Source: a cyanobacterium endosymbiont of Epithemia turgida isolate EtSB Lake Yunoko (GTDB lineage: Bacteria > Cyanobacteriota > Cyanobacteriia > Cyanobacteriales > Microcystaceae). Taken from it: DNA of 32,000 nt. Positions 11,171 through 20,418 of this stretch are shown in pieces. The notes beneath the pieces were generated by a model. The model was not told the DNA's origin, searched no databases, and saw only the letters and a list, made by a program, of their open reading frames with translations. A program made the translations under genes and the position numbers. Every line of letters begins with the position of its first letter. The stretch's first letter is position 1. The DNA is taken from the NCBI RefSeq assembly GCF_000829235.1, contig NZ_AP012549.1, positions 270,001 to 302,000 of the forward strand, given 5' to 3'.

Positions 11171-12784
11171 TTATTCTTGTGCTCGCCAAAAAACAATCGA
11201 TTCATTAAGGGGTTCAATTATTGCTCCGGGATAATAAAAAGAAAGTATCTTTTCAGCATTCCAACCTAATTTAGCTAAATTGTAAGATCCGTATTGACTC
11301 ATCCCTACACCATGGCCAAACCCCCCTCCAACAAAGGCGAACCCTCTTAATTGTTTCTCATTATTATAGATAGGTTTTAGATAAAATAACGTACTACGAG
11401 GGGGATAAAAAGCACTACGAACTTCATTCTTATGTAACTCTAAAGAACCTTTATCCGTTTCGACTTTCATGGTTAAAATACGTCCAGATTCTGATCTTTC
11501 AATGACTTCCATCCATCGAATTATTTTAAAATCAGCTAAGGGATCTTTACGTTTTTTTAGATACTTTTTTAAATCCTGACTTAAACTTTCAAGAGTTGCC
11601 TGTCGATCCCAACGAAAAACATTTCTTCCTGTTTCATTAAATCCATTTTTTAAACTAATAAAATTACGAAAATTTTGTTCCTTAGCTAAGGATGTTTTTG
11701 ACAAGTCCCAAAGTTTTTGGGGAGAATCAATAACCGCTTTAAGATAAGGTCTTTCTTTTCCATTCCAAATATCACTAAACTTGGCCGTCACTCCTCCTGT
11801 AGTGGAGGAATAGAGGGCATCTACTAACTCATTTTCATAAGTCAATACTAAGCCTTTAGTAGCTTTGATCGCTTGATCAGCTTTAGGACTAGTTCCACTT
11901 AACCCATAATAAACCTGACAGTGGGTTGTAGCACACAATTGATAGTTATCCGCTTGAAACCGTCGTATATTTCGTAAAGCATAAGTACGGGCAATAATAG
12001 TTTGAGCTTTCGCTGCATTAAGGGGAGCCGATGGTCCAATTTCGTGAGGAACAACCCCCCTAAGATAAGTTTCAAGGGAAATATTGTTAACTAAAGTGTA
12101 GGTTCCATAGGCGTTGGGTTGTAGCCTCAGACTTCCTCCATAATAACGGACTTTTCCTTGACTTAGACTAACTTGAACAGGACTTTTGCCTGGGATTATC
12201 TCTAAATAATCAGGACTATAAATTTTACCAGCCACGGTAAAAGTTGCTCGAGGAGTAGCTGCTACAATTTCTAATTCAAGATAGACATTCCTAAATCCTT
12301 TAGCTTTAAGATTTTCTAGTAACCAACGACGTAATAAGGGGGTTTCGTAAACATCGCGTTTTGCCCAAACTTGCCACTGTTCAGGTTGAGTAACTTCTAC
12401 TTTAATTCCCCTTTCTTGCCATTTTTTCGCACTGTCTTCCGCGGTTTCAAAAGTAGCATGATCACTTAAAACTACTTTCTCTCGTAGCACAGGCGTTGAT
12501 AAAGGTTGTTTAACTACTTCAATAGTGAATTGGTTGGTTTGAACTATTTTTTGTTGGCTATCATCGTCGTCAAATTTTAGAGTTAGGGTATCTTCACTAG
12601 TAGTGGCAATGACTAATTTTTCCTTTTCTTTTTCCCCAAACCGTTGAACCACTCCTACATCTAGCTCAACATCTGTTGCTCTTACAGGGGATGTACAAAC
12701 TCCTCCAAGTAAAATAGGAAGGCAAAATAAGCTGATACATAGAAGTTTGCCCCTGACTGGGCGATGAGTCTTGGTAATTTCCAT
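11171..12784 (-). CDS. SpoIID/LytB domain-containing protein (secreted peptidoglycan-remodelling factor)
   Basis: An N-terminal signal-like hydrophobic segment and C-terminal SpoIID-type blocks (ALYSSTTGGVTA, GGGFGHGVGMSQYG). Confidence 0.85.
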   Translation of the reverse strand: MEITKTHRPVRGKLLCISLFCLPILLGGVCTSPVRATDVELDVGVVQRFGEKEKEKLVIATTSEDTLTLKFDDDDSQQKIVQTNQFTIEVVKQPLSTPVLREKVVLSDHATFETAEDSAKKWQERGIKVEVTQPEQWQVWAKRDVYETPLLRRWLLENLKAKGFRNVYLELEIVAATPRATFTVAGKIYSPDYLEIIPGKSPVQVSLSQGKVRYYGGSLRLQPNAYGTYTLVNNISLETYLRGVVPHEIGPSAPLNAAKAQTIIARTYALRNIRRFQADNYQLCATTHCQVYYGLSGTSPKADQAIKATKGLVLTYENELVDALYSSTTGGVTAKFSDIWNGKERPYLKAVIDSPQKLWDLSKTSLAKEQNFRNFISLKNGFNETGRNVFRWDRQATLESLSQDLKKYLKKRKDPLADFKIIRWMEVIERSESGRILTMKVETDKGSLELHKNEVRSAFYPPRSTLFYLKPIYNNEKQLRGFAFVGGGFGHGVGMSQYGSYNLAKLGWNAEKILSFYYPGAIIEPLNESIVFWRAQE

Positions 12785-13923
12785 ATTGAGCTAGATTTAT
12801 AGGTTTTCTATTTTACGCCTTGTTATTTTTTATATCAGAATTATGGAAAATTCACATTTTTCTATTATGTAAACATAAGTCAACTCATAGGCTAGACGGG
12901 ATCTTATTTAAAATTGTTGCTAGTCATCTTGAAAAAAATTTTGTTATGTTTTAACACTTATATTCATAAGTTTTGTGCTAAGATACGAATCGCGGTAGAA
13001 AGTTGAAAATAATCTGCTTAGACTCTATAAAGTCTAGTCATACAAAGCATTGTAACAGCAAGTATAATAATTGCACGCTGGCAAATTTACTTATCTTGAA
13101 AGGATTTACGACATCACTGGGGATACTGAAATTAGCAATTATTAAGTTAAAAGGGTGAACTTAATAAATATTGACTCTCTCAAAATATTTATAATTTTTA
13201 TAATTATCTATATTCATAAGCTAGAAAAATTGTATATTAGCTATCAATTTTAATGTAAATTTCTAATTAATTAGATCTTCTGGCAAAGATTTATAACCAA
13301 CAATATTAGGATGAAGTTCATTGGAAGTTGATCGTTTTCATGAAAATAGCCGGACAAAATTATTGTAACTATTGTAATAAATGCTTGCCTTGCTGATCAA
13401 ATACTATGAAGTCTGTCAATGGGTGCCCGTTAGGTCGCCTTAGCATAGTAGAAGAATCATTAACTACCACCGAAAAAATAATTCTATAAGAGACTTGGTT
13501 AAGTAACTCCCCGCGAGATTAAAATTCTCTCTATAACTGTTCAGACACCTGAGAAAGACGATTACCCCCAATTCCTAAATTGTACAAAATATGACCAGTT
13601 TGTAAATCTTTCATTTACTGACGACGTAGTCTGTTTGTTCAACCTCAACCGACTCGATTACAATGTCTATGAATTAGACTATTTCCAAAGTGACTATTTT
13701 TTAAGGTTTAGACTTGACAGGTGATTTAAAGAGTTAAGTGGTTTCCAAACAGTTTGCATTAGGGGATATCTCCTCAATCGAATTTATGAACAGCCTCATA
13801 TTTTTGTAGCAAGGTTGCTTATGACTTAAATAGTAATCGCTTTTAGTGTTGGACTATACAGTTATTAGAACGACTGTTAAACTAGATGAATCTTGGTTAA
13901 TCCGTTACCCGGCTTATATATTC

Positions 13924-14154
13924 ATGCAAAAAAGACTTGCTTTTGACTCATCTGAAGTTATATATCACGCTCAGAAACTCCTCGATGCTGCGACTAACCG
14001 CTATCGAATTACGGTACAAGTAGCTAACCGTGCTAAACGTCGTCGTTACGAAGATTTTGATAGCATTGAGGATCCTTTAATGAAACCGGCTATTCGTGCC
14101 ATCATTGAAATGTCAGATGAACTTACCCAACCTGAAATTATTAGTGATAATTGA
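13924..14154 (+). CDS. rpoZ: DNA-directed RNA polymerase subunit omega
   Basis: [22 protein letters not shown]...[21 protein letters not shown] is the cyanobacterial RpoZ signature. An ATG at 13924 gives the usual ~76 aa; the track ORF's start at 13846 (GTG) would add an atypical extension. Confidence 0.9.
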   Translation: MQKRLAFDSSEVIYHAQKLLDAATNRYRITVQVANRAKRRRYEDFDSIEDPLMKPAIRAIIEMSDELTQPEIISDN

Positions 14155-14246
14155 AGATCAAAATCTATGCTAAGCCTACCAAATTTGTCTATATAGACCA
14201 TGAAAATGGAAAAGACTATATAAACCATATTCAATATTATTCGGTT

Positions 14247-14882
14247 ATGATTTGGAAAATTCTTCAACCTTGGAATTATTGCTCATATCTCCGGCAAAAC
14301 ATAAGACTACTGATCATTTTTCTTCTGAGTGCTACTCTAGTTATAGAGGGGGGGCGGTTTAAATTGTCTCGAGGTAACAGCTTTAGAGTTCAACCTGTTA
14401 ACGCTCAAACTCTACGACCTGAAGAAGCTGCTGGTATAGTTTACAAAAAATTATCCTATCTGCCCAAAGAAAATCAATATATTCGTAAAGATACAGAGAG
14501 AATTGATCCTGTTCAAACTTTAATCAGTCGTTTTATCCGTTATCATCGGGATTTAAAACGTCGGGAGCCTAGTGTTTCTCTTGATTGGAAAATTACCCTG
14601 GCTGACTATTTAGGGGTGAATGAATCAATAAAGAAAGATCGCTATCCTGGTAGTTCCACTCTGCAAAATAACCCATTAACTCCTGACGTTGAGGCAATTC
14701 GAGAATTAAACCGCCATCAACGTCAGGAGTTAGTGGATTTGTTGGTTAGTATCTATGCTCCTAAACAGAAAAAACTCAACCTTCCTACAATTCAGACCGA
14801 ATCAATACCTGAGTTTTTTCAACCAACTCCTACTATAGGTCCTAGTCTTTCTAAACCGGGGGATGCTGATTTATTAAAGTGA
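14247..14882 (+). CDS. Hypothetical protein with an N-terminal membrane anchor or signal segment
   Basis: The ATG at 14247 is followed by a hydrophobic stretch (LLIIFLLSATLVI) and then a hydrophilic domain. The track ORF begins at a TTG at 14151 that overlaps the rpoZ stop, and I consider that start unlikely. Confidence 0.6.
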   Translation: MIWKILQPWNYCSYLRQNIRLLIIFLLSATLVIEGGRFKLSRGNSFRVQPVNAQTLRPEEAAGIVYKKLSYLPKENQYIRKDTERIDPVQTLISRFIRYHRDLKRREPSVSLDWKITLADYLGVNESIKKDRYPGSSTLQNNPLTPDVEAIRELNRHQRQELVDLLVSIYAPKQKKLNLPTIQTESIPEFFQPTPTIGPSLSKPGDADLLK

Positions 14883-14899
14883 TGCTGCCTTATTAAAGT
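14862..14899 (+). repeat. Tandem 19-bp duplication (17/19 identical) spanning a stop codon and an intergenic spacer
   Basis: gatgctgatttattaaagt (14862-14880) is followed directly by gatgctgccttattaaagt (14881-14899). The TGA stop at 14880-14882 straddles the junction, and the next gene's ATG is at 14901. Confidence 0.85.
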
Positions 14900-14900
14900 T

Positions 14901-15269
14901 ATGAGTGATCGTTTACTTAAAAAAGGAACAGGATGGCGTATTGGCTGGAATCCTAACGCTGTTCCTTATCAGGGATTAATTGGTGGTAAAGATTGGGCAA
15001 TAGAATTGACAAAAGCTGAATTCAAGGATTTTTGTCGTTTGTTTAAACAGTTAGCCGAGACAATGGAAATAATGTCCCAGGAATTGATGGACGTTGAAAA
15101 AATCGCCTGTGAAGCAGAAAGCGACTTTTTGTGGTTAGAAGTAGAAGGATACCCCCATGCTTATTCCTTGCGTCTTATTCTTAACCAAGGTCGTTGTTGC
15201 GAGGGAAACTGGTCTGAAGAAATGGTAAGAGAATTATTGCAAGTAGTTAAAATTTTTGAAATATCTTAA
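14901..15269 (+). CDS. Conserved cyanobacterial protein, DUF1818-like
   Basis: GWRIGWNP...YQGLIGG.DWAIELT.AEF.DFCRL...ACEAESD.LWLE.EG.PHAYSLRLILNQGR..EGNW matches my memory of the DUF1818 family pattern. Confidence 0.7.
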   Translation: MSDRLLKKGTGWRIGWNPNAVPYQGLIGGKDWAIELTKAEFKDFCRLFKQLAETMEIMSQELMDVEKIACEAESDFLWLEVEGYPHAYSLRLILNQGRCCEGNWSEEMVRELLQVVKIFEIS

Positions 15270-15710
15270 TTTTCTTAGAAAATATAATAAAAATAATTTC
15301 TAGGTGAATCGTTTAAGGAAAATAAGCATTATAATCTTTTCTAAGAAATAAGGATATGAAATTGCAGAAAAAGACAATATATAGTTTATTCAAAAATCCT
15401 TGGCAAGAATAAAAAAGCTTAATAAGAGTCAAAAACTTTTTACAGTAGAGAGAAAAATGAGATTAATTTCCAGCAGCAGGTGTAATATCTTAAAAGAAGA
15501 CGAAAAATATACACAGGGATTGTTTCTTATAACGGCTTTAGTATATACAAGTAGTATAGTCAAACTCAAATAATGGATAGAAAAAAGATTATACTTATTC
15601 TTTCTATAAAAATATTTAAACATAAATATGATTCAGATAAAGCGGTTAGACAAAGTTTTTATCGAATGGTTTCTAATCTAATCAATTGAAGCTTAATATG
15701 ACCTACTAAT

Positions 15711-15752
15711 AAAAGACAAAACAGCAAACAGAATAAACACTGTTCACTGTTT
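15711..15752 (-). terminator. Candidate intrinsic terminator downstream of the sulfur-carrier gene
   Basis: On the minus strand aaacag-tg-aacag / ctgtt-tg-ctgttt (plus-strand coordinates 15719-15752; 11 bp with an internal 2-nt mismatch and an 8-nt loop) is followed by ttttgtctttt. It lies about 20 nt past the stop at 15774. Confidence 0.45.
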
Positions 15753-15773
15753 TCGATTTACAAATATATAAAA

Positions 15774-16049
15774 TTAACCACCAGCAACTGCTGGGACAAT
15801 ACTTACTTCATCCCCATCACTGAGAATAGTATTTATATTATCTAAAAAGCGAATATCTTCACTATTCACATAAAAATTTAAAAAGCGACGGGGAGCTCCA
15901 GTTTCATCACATAAACGCGCTTTAATTCCAGGAAAAGTTTCTTCAAGGGAGTCAAGTAATTCATTAAAATTACTCGCTGTACATTCACAGTCTTTTTGAT
16001 TGTTCGTAAACTTTTGCAAGGGTGTAGGAATTAATACTTTAACAGCCAT
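15774..16049 (-). CDS. MoaD/ThiS-family ubiquitin-like sulfur carrier, CysO-like, 91 aa, ending in Gly-Gly
   Basis: The C-terminus ...[14 protein letters not shown] and an internal [10 protein letters not shown] block closely resemble mycobacterial CysO-type carriers (NIYVNDEDVRF...DGDSVTILPAVAGG, from memory). The gene lies 103 nt downstream of, and co-oriented with, the ThrC-like gene. Confidence 0.85.
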   Translation of the reverse strand: MAVKVLIPTPLQKFTNNQKDCECTASNFNELLDSLEETFPGIKARLCDETGAPRRFLNFYVNSEDIRFLDNINTILSDGDEVSIVPAVAGG

Positions 16050-16152
16050 AGTTATTTAGCAATAATTAATAATTACCAATTATCTAGTGTAGTAAGAGAG
16101 TGTAGCCATCAGGATATTAAGAAATGAGAAAACTTTGACGACTACGCAGAGA

Positions 16153-17445
16153 TTAAACTAAAACTTGTTGCCATTCAAGACGTTCTAAGGTCCGAGAACG
16201 TTCCAGAGCACGTTCAAAGCTATCAAGTTTTGGCTCAATGGTCAGGGGTTCACCGATATATCCTTGAACTGCTTCTTGAGTTTTTAGTCCATTCCCGGTG
16301 ATGTAGGCTACGGTAGTTTCTTCAGGCTCAATCTTTCCGGCTTCTACTAGCTTCTTTAGGACGGCAATAGTTGTCCCTCCGGCAGTTTCGGTAAAGATAC
16401 CTTCAGTTTCTGCTAAGAGTTTAATGCCTTCAATAATTTCTGCATCGGTTACACTTTCAATATTGCCATTAGTTTTACGGGCAATATCGAGGGAATAGCA
16501 CCCATCAGCCGGATTTCCAATAGCTATAGATTTTGCAATAGTATTCGGTTTAACAGGAGTTATAAAGTCTCGTCCTTCTTTGAAGGCGGTAGCGATAGGA
16601 GAACATCCTTCTGCTTGTGCGCCACTGAAGCGAACAAGTTTATCTTTAACTAATCCTGTTTCGATGAATTCTTGGAATCCTTTATAAATCTTAGTATAGA
16701 GGGAACCAGAAGCTAAGGGAGCAACTACATGATCGGGGAGTTGCCAGCCAAGTTGTTCAGCCACTTCAAACCCTAGGGTTTTAGAACCTTCAGCATAGTA
16801 GGGACGTAAATTAATATTAACAAATCCCCATTCGTAGCTATTACTGACTTCGCAACAAAGACGATTAACTTGATCATAGTTTCCTTTGACCGCCATTACC
16901 GTAGGGTTGTATATAAGAGTTCCGAGAATTTTACCTGCTTCTAAATCGGTTGGGATAAAAACATAACAGTCTAACCCAGCATGAGCAGCGATAGCTGCAG
17001 TAGAGTTGGCTAAATTTCCTGTACTCGCACAAGAAACCGTTGTAAAGCCTAATTCTCTAGCACGAGTTATGGCCACAGAAACCACTCTATCTTTAAAGCT
17101 GAGGGTCGGCATATTCACCGCATCGTTTTTAATATAAAGATCTTTCAGACCCAAGCGACGAGCTAAGCGCTTTGATTTCACCAAAGGAGTCATCCCAGTG
17201 CCAAGATCAATAGGATTTTCGCTTTCTACGGGCAAAAATGCTTTATAACGCCAAATGGAATTAGGTCCTGCTTCGATAATTTCACGACTAACTTGAGCGC
17301 GAATAGCATCGTAGTTATAAGCCACTTCTAGAGGGGAAAAAGTTTCTTCACACACATGAAGAGCTTTTAGGGGATATTTTACACCACCTTCTTTAGAAAC
17401 GAGATGGGTGAAAGTGGCGGTTTTGGTTTGCGTTACCTGAGTCAT
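16153..17445 (-). CDS. thrC: Threonine synthase family PLP enzyme (ThrC-like), 430 aa from the ATG at 17445
   Basis: The PLP-lysine motif SFKDR, ASTGN, and fold-type II PLP enzyme architecture. The start M24 (MTQVTQTK...) has AGGA about 9 nt upstream. The track ORF start at 17514 adds 23 residues that look non-conserved. Confidence 0.88.
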   Translation of the reverse strand: MTQVTQTKTATFTHLVSKEGGVKYPLKALHVCEETFSPLEVAYNYDAIRAQVSREIIEAGPNSIWRYKAFLPVESENPIDLGTGMTPLVKSKRLARRLGLKDLYIKNDAVNMPTLSFKDRVVSVAITRARELGFTTVSCASTGNLANSTAAIAAHAGLDCYVFIPTDLEAGKILGTLIYNPTVMAVKGNYDQVNRLCCEVSNSYEWGFVNINLRPYYAEGSKTLGFEVAEQLGWQLPDHVVAPLASGSLYTKIYKGFQEFIETGLVKDKLVRFSGAQAEGCSPIATAFKEGRDFITPVKPNTIAKSIAIGNPADGCYSLDIARKTNGNIESVTDAEIIEGIKLLAETEGIFTETAGGTTIAVLKKLVEAGKIEPEETTVAYITGNGLKTQEAVQGYIGEPLTIEPKLDSFERALERSRTLERLEWQQVLV

Positions 17446-18564
17446 GGATTTCGATCCTGATTTCTCGTGAATCTTTAATAGTGAAAAATGCTGTAATCTT
17501 CCGTAAATTTTCACCCGTTTTTGAACATGTTATCATAGTAAATATATTTCGTCAAATATACCCGACTATTTTTATCGGCATTAATATTCAGATGTTTTGT
17601 ATACTGTTTTTACAGGAAATAAAAAAATTTTGATAATACATTATTAAGTCAATTATTTAAATAAATGCAGTAAACTCAACTTAATAGGTCTCAAAATTAT
17701 GATTTTAGTTAATTGTAATCAACTAAAAATTTTTATAGTCATTTATGCTCAATCATGTTAGTCTAACCAATACAAATCTATTTATAGAAGATATTGGTCA
17801 ACAAATTATAAGACAGCTATTGAATTAGGTAATTTAGAAATTGCACTAAGATTAACTTGAATACATTGCCTATAATTGAATGCTACCTAAACAAGATGTA
17901 AAAATTAGATTTTGTACAAGGGATAAAAATTTTTATTAATTAAAAGAATTTTACTAAATTAAAGCCTAGATATTAGTGTTATTGTTAAATATAAATTTAA
18001 TTTCTATTTAACAATAGAATTTAAAATTTGTCTATATTTCTGATTCACGATAAAATTCATCATATCATAACCTGATCAACTGTAATATATCTTTATTGGT
18101 TAGTATTCTTGATACTAAGTCAGCTATTTTGAATTTAAATATTTTTTGAAGAAAGTGTTTAAACTTTTGACTTTAACAATTGTTAGTTTTATTATAAAAT
18201 AGATTTGTTATAATCTTTCCTTATGATCCTTGCTTTTAAAATATAAAATATGAACTTATAAATATTGCTCTTTAATACTGCTAGCCTATTCACTCTTTAC
18301 TGGAACAAAATATAAAGACCAGTTTTCTTCCCAGGAAAACCAAATGTAGATGACCTAAAAATATTTGCAAGAAATTTAAAATGGTTTAATAATAAAAAAG
18401 TTGATTTTGGTAAAATACTTACTTATTTTTTAAATATTTCACTTAAACTTACTTTTATTTATAAATAAAAATAGGGTTAGATCCATGTATTATTAATTAA
18501 TAAATTATAGTTTTATTTTCTAAATACTTCGAATTATAATAAGCAATTTTTTAAAAAACCTATT

Positions 18565-19788
18565 ATGTTAAAAAAGCAGGTATTATTCATTAGCAATGGA
18601 ACAGGAGAAGACCTTAATGCAAGTTTGATTCTCCAGTCATTAGTTAAAATCGCTCCCAAAATTAACATTGTAGCAATGGCGTTAGTAGGATTAGGAAATG
18701 CTTACCAGAGTTTAGGCATTCCTCTCGTTGGACCGAGACAAATACTACCGTCTGGGGGAATTTTTTACACCCATTTTTTTAATTTAGTTAAAGATTTAGT
18801 ATCAGGACTAGTGGGCTTGACATTACGTCAGATTCAATTCTTGCTTAATTATCGCCATAATTGTGATTTTTGTATCGCTGTGGGAGATATTTTCCCGGTT
18901 ACTATGGCATATCTCACTAACCGTCCCTTCGTAGCCTTTCTTGTATCTACTTCTAGTTATTATGAGGGCAAATTGCGGCTACCTGGGTTAACTCAATGGT
19001 GTTTACGATCACATAGATGTTTAGCAGTATTTACACGCGATGTATTTACCGCCGAAGACTTACAACAGCAAGGCATGACTAAAGCTGTGTTTGCAGGTTA
19101 TCCTATTCTAGATGTCTTGTCTCCTATAGGTAACGATTTAAACCTAAATCCCAAGATACCAACAATTGCCTTACTACCCGGAAGTCGTCTTCCTGAAGCC
19201 CTTCATAACCTAACATTACAATTGAAGGTATGTGAGGCAATTAGTGAACTGGAAATAGTACAATTTCGAGTTCCTTTAGTGTCTAGTATTAGAGAAGAAG
19301 AGCTAGAAACTATTGCAAAAAAACAGGGATGGCATTATCAATCACCAGGAATTTTCAGTAAAATCAAGCAAAATCAAACAATTGTTGTAAAGTGTTATTG
19401 GAATGCTTTTGCCGATATCTTGCAACAGTGCGATTTAGTTTTGGGGATGGCAGGAACAGCCGTAGAACAGGCAGTTGGTTTAGGCAAGCCTATTGTACAG
19501 CTTCCAGGATACGGACCCCAATTTACTTATGGTTTTGCTGAGGCACAAAGGCGATTGTTAGGGATTTCTGTGCAAACTATCGGTAAAACTCCAAATAATC
19601 CTACTTTATTTACGGATGCTGCCCACACCATTCAAACTATTCTTAAAAATCCCCAATATTTAGAGGAATGTCTAGAAAATGGGCGGCAGCGAGTAGGACA
19701 AAAAGGAGGATCTGATAGCCTAGCAAATGCGATCGCTCAATTATTGTTATCTCAACACTTAACTCGAGCTAACAAAAACATGGACTAA
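18565..19788 (+). CDS. Lipid-A-disaccharide synthase-related protein (LpxB-like glycosyltransferase fold; cyanobacterial family of unknown function)
   Basis: N-terminal FISNGTGEDLNAS and C-terminal GMAGTAVEQAVGLGKPIVQLPG blocks, as in the conserved 'lipid-A-disaccharide synthase-related' family. Confidence 0.7.
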   Translation: MLKKQVLFISNGTGEDLNASLILQSLVKIAPKINIVAMALVGLGNAYQSLGIPLVGPRQILPSGGIFYTHFFNLVKDLVSGLVGLTLRQIQFLLNYRHNCDFCIAVGDIFPVTMAYLTNRPFVAFLVSTSSYYEGKLRLPGLTQWCLRSHRCLAVFTRDVFTAEDLQQQGMTKAVFAGYPILDVLSPIGNDLNLNPKIPTIALLPGSRLPEALHNLTLQLKVCEAISELEIVQFRVPLVSSIREEELETIAKKQGWHYQSPGIFSKIKQNQTIVVKCYWNAFADILQQCDLVLGMAGTAVEQAVGLGKPIVQLPGYGPQFTYGFAEAQRRLLGISVQTIGKTPNNPTLFTDAAHTIQTILKNPQYLEECLENGRQRVGQKGGSDSLANAIAQLLLSQHLTRANKNMD

Positions 19789-19872
19789 TCTATTGTCATC
19801 TGCTTTTATTCAGGTTATCCTTTTCAGGATTGTGTATAAACATGACATATTTAGTAGGATCATAATGCCACT

Positions 19873-20418
19873 ATGGAACGACGAGGCGTAACTATCTGGT
19901 TAACTGGATTAAGTGGTGCTGGAAAAAGTACTATCACTCATGTTTTAGGAAAAAAATTGAGTGATGGAGGCTATTCCGTAGAAGTTCTTGATGGAGATAT
20001 TGTTAGAACAAATTTGACAAAAGGGTTAGGTTTTTCTAAGGAGGATCGTGATACAAACATTCGTCGTATCGGTTTTGTGGCTAGTTTATTAACCCGTCAT
20101 GGAGTAATGGTTCTTGTCTCCGCTATTTCTCCCTATCGTGAAAGTCGGGATGAGGTTCGGACTAGAATTGGAAACTTTGTAGAAGTTTTTGTTAATGCTC
20201 CCTTAGATGTATGTGAAAATCGTGATGTCAAAGGATTGTACAAGCGTGCTCGCTCGGGAGAGATCAAGTCTTTTACTGGAATTGATGACCCGTATGAATG
20301 CCCTTTAAACCCGGAAATAGAATGTCGTACTGATTTAGAATCACTCGAAGAAAGTGTTAATAAAATTTGGCAAAAACTTAGAGAAATGGGATATCTGTCT
20401 AAATCTATAGCAGTTTAA
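19873..20418 (+). CDS. cysC: Adenylyl-sulfate (APS) kinase
   Basis: P-loop [17 protein letters not shown] and FTGIDDPYE motifs; 181 aa. Confidence 0.95.
   Translation: MERRGVTIWLTGLSGAGKSTITHVLGKKLSDGGYSVEVLDGDIVRTNLTKGLGFSKEDRDTNIRRIGFVASLLTRHGVMVLVSAISPYRESRDEVRTRIGNFVEVFVNAPLDVCENRDVKGLYKRARSGEIKSFTGIDDPYECPLNPEIECRTDLESLEESVNKIWQKLREMGYLSKSIAV

Noticed and set aside
13051-13066. An NtcA-like site TGTA-N8-TATA in the SpoIID/rpoZ spacer.
   Set aside because: The right half-site deviates from the GTA-N8-TAC consensus (TAT instead of TAC). No suitably spaced -10 box (TAN3T about 22 nt downstream) is evident on either strand, and the site is far from either start codon.
14151-14246. A TTG start at 14151 for the 243-aa track ORF, overlapping the rpoZ stop.
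   Set aside because: The first 32 residues are AT-rich and precede an obvious Met plus hydrophobic anchor at 14247. The shorter gene model is more plausible.
15429-15623. A 64-aa ORF (-) in the spacer between the DUF1818-like gene and the sulfur-carrier gene.
   Set aside because: The codons are extremely AT-rich, the peptide is Phe/Leu/Ile/Lys/Asn-dominated with no motif and no SD. It is expected by chance in AT-rich DNA.
17981-18015. An 11-bp perfect AT-only inverted repeat (attgttaaata / tatttaacaat) in the thrC-lpxB-related spacer.
   Set aside because: It is almost pure A/T and so thermodynamically weak, and it is statistically unremarkable in this composition. It has no flanking signals.
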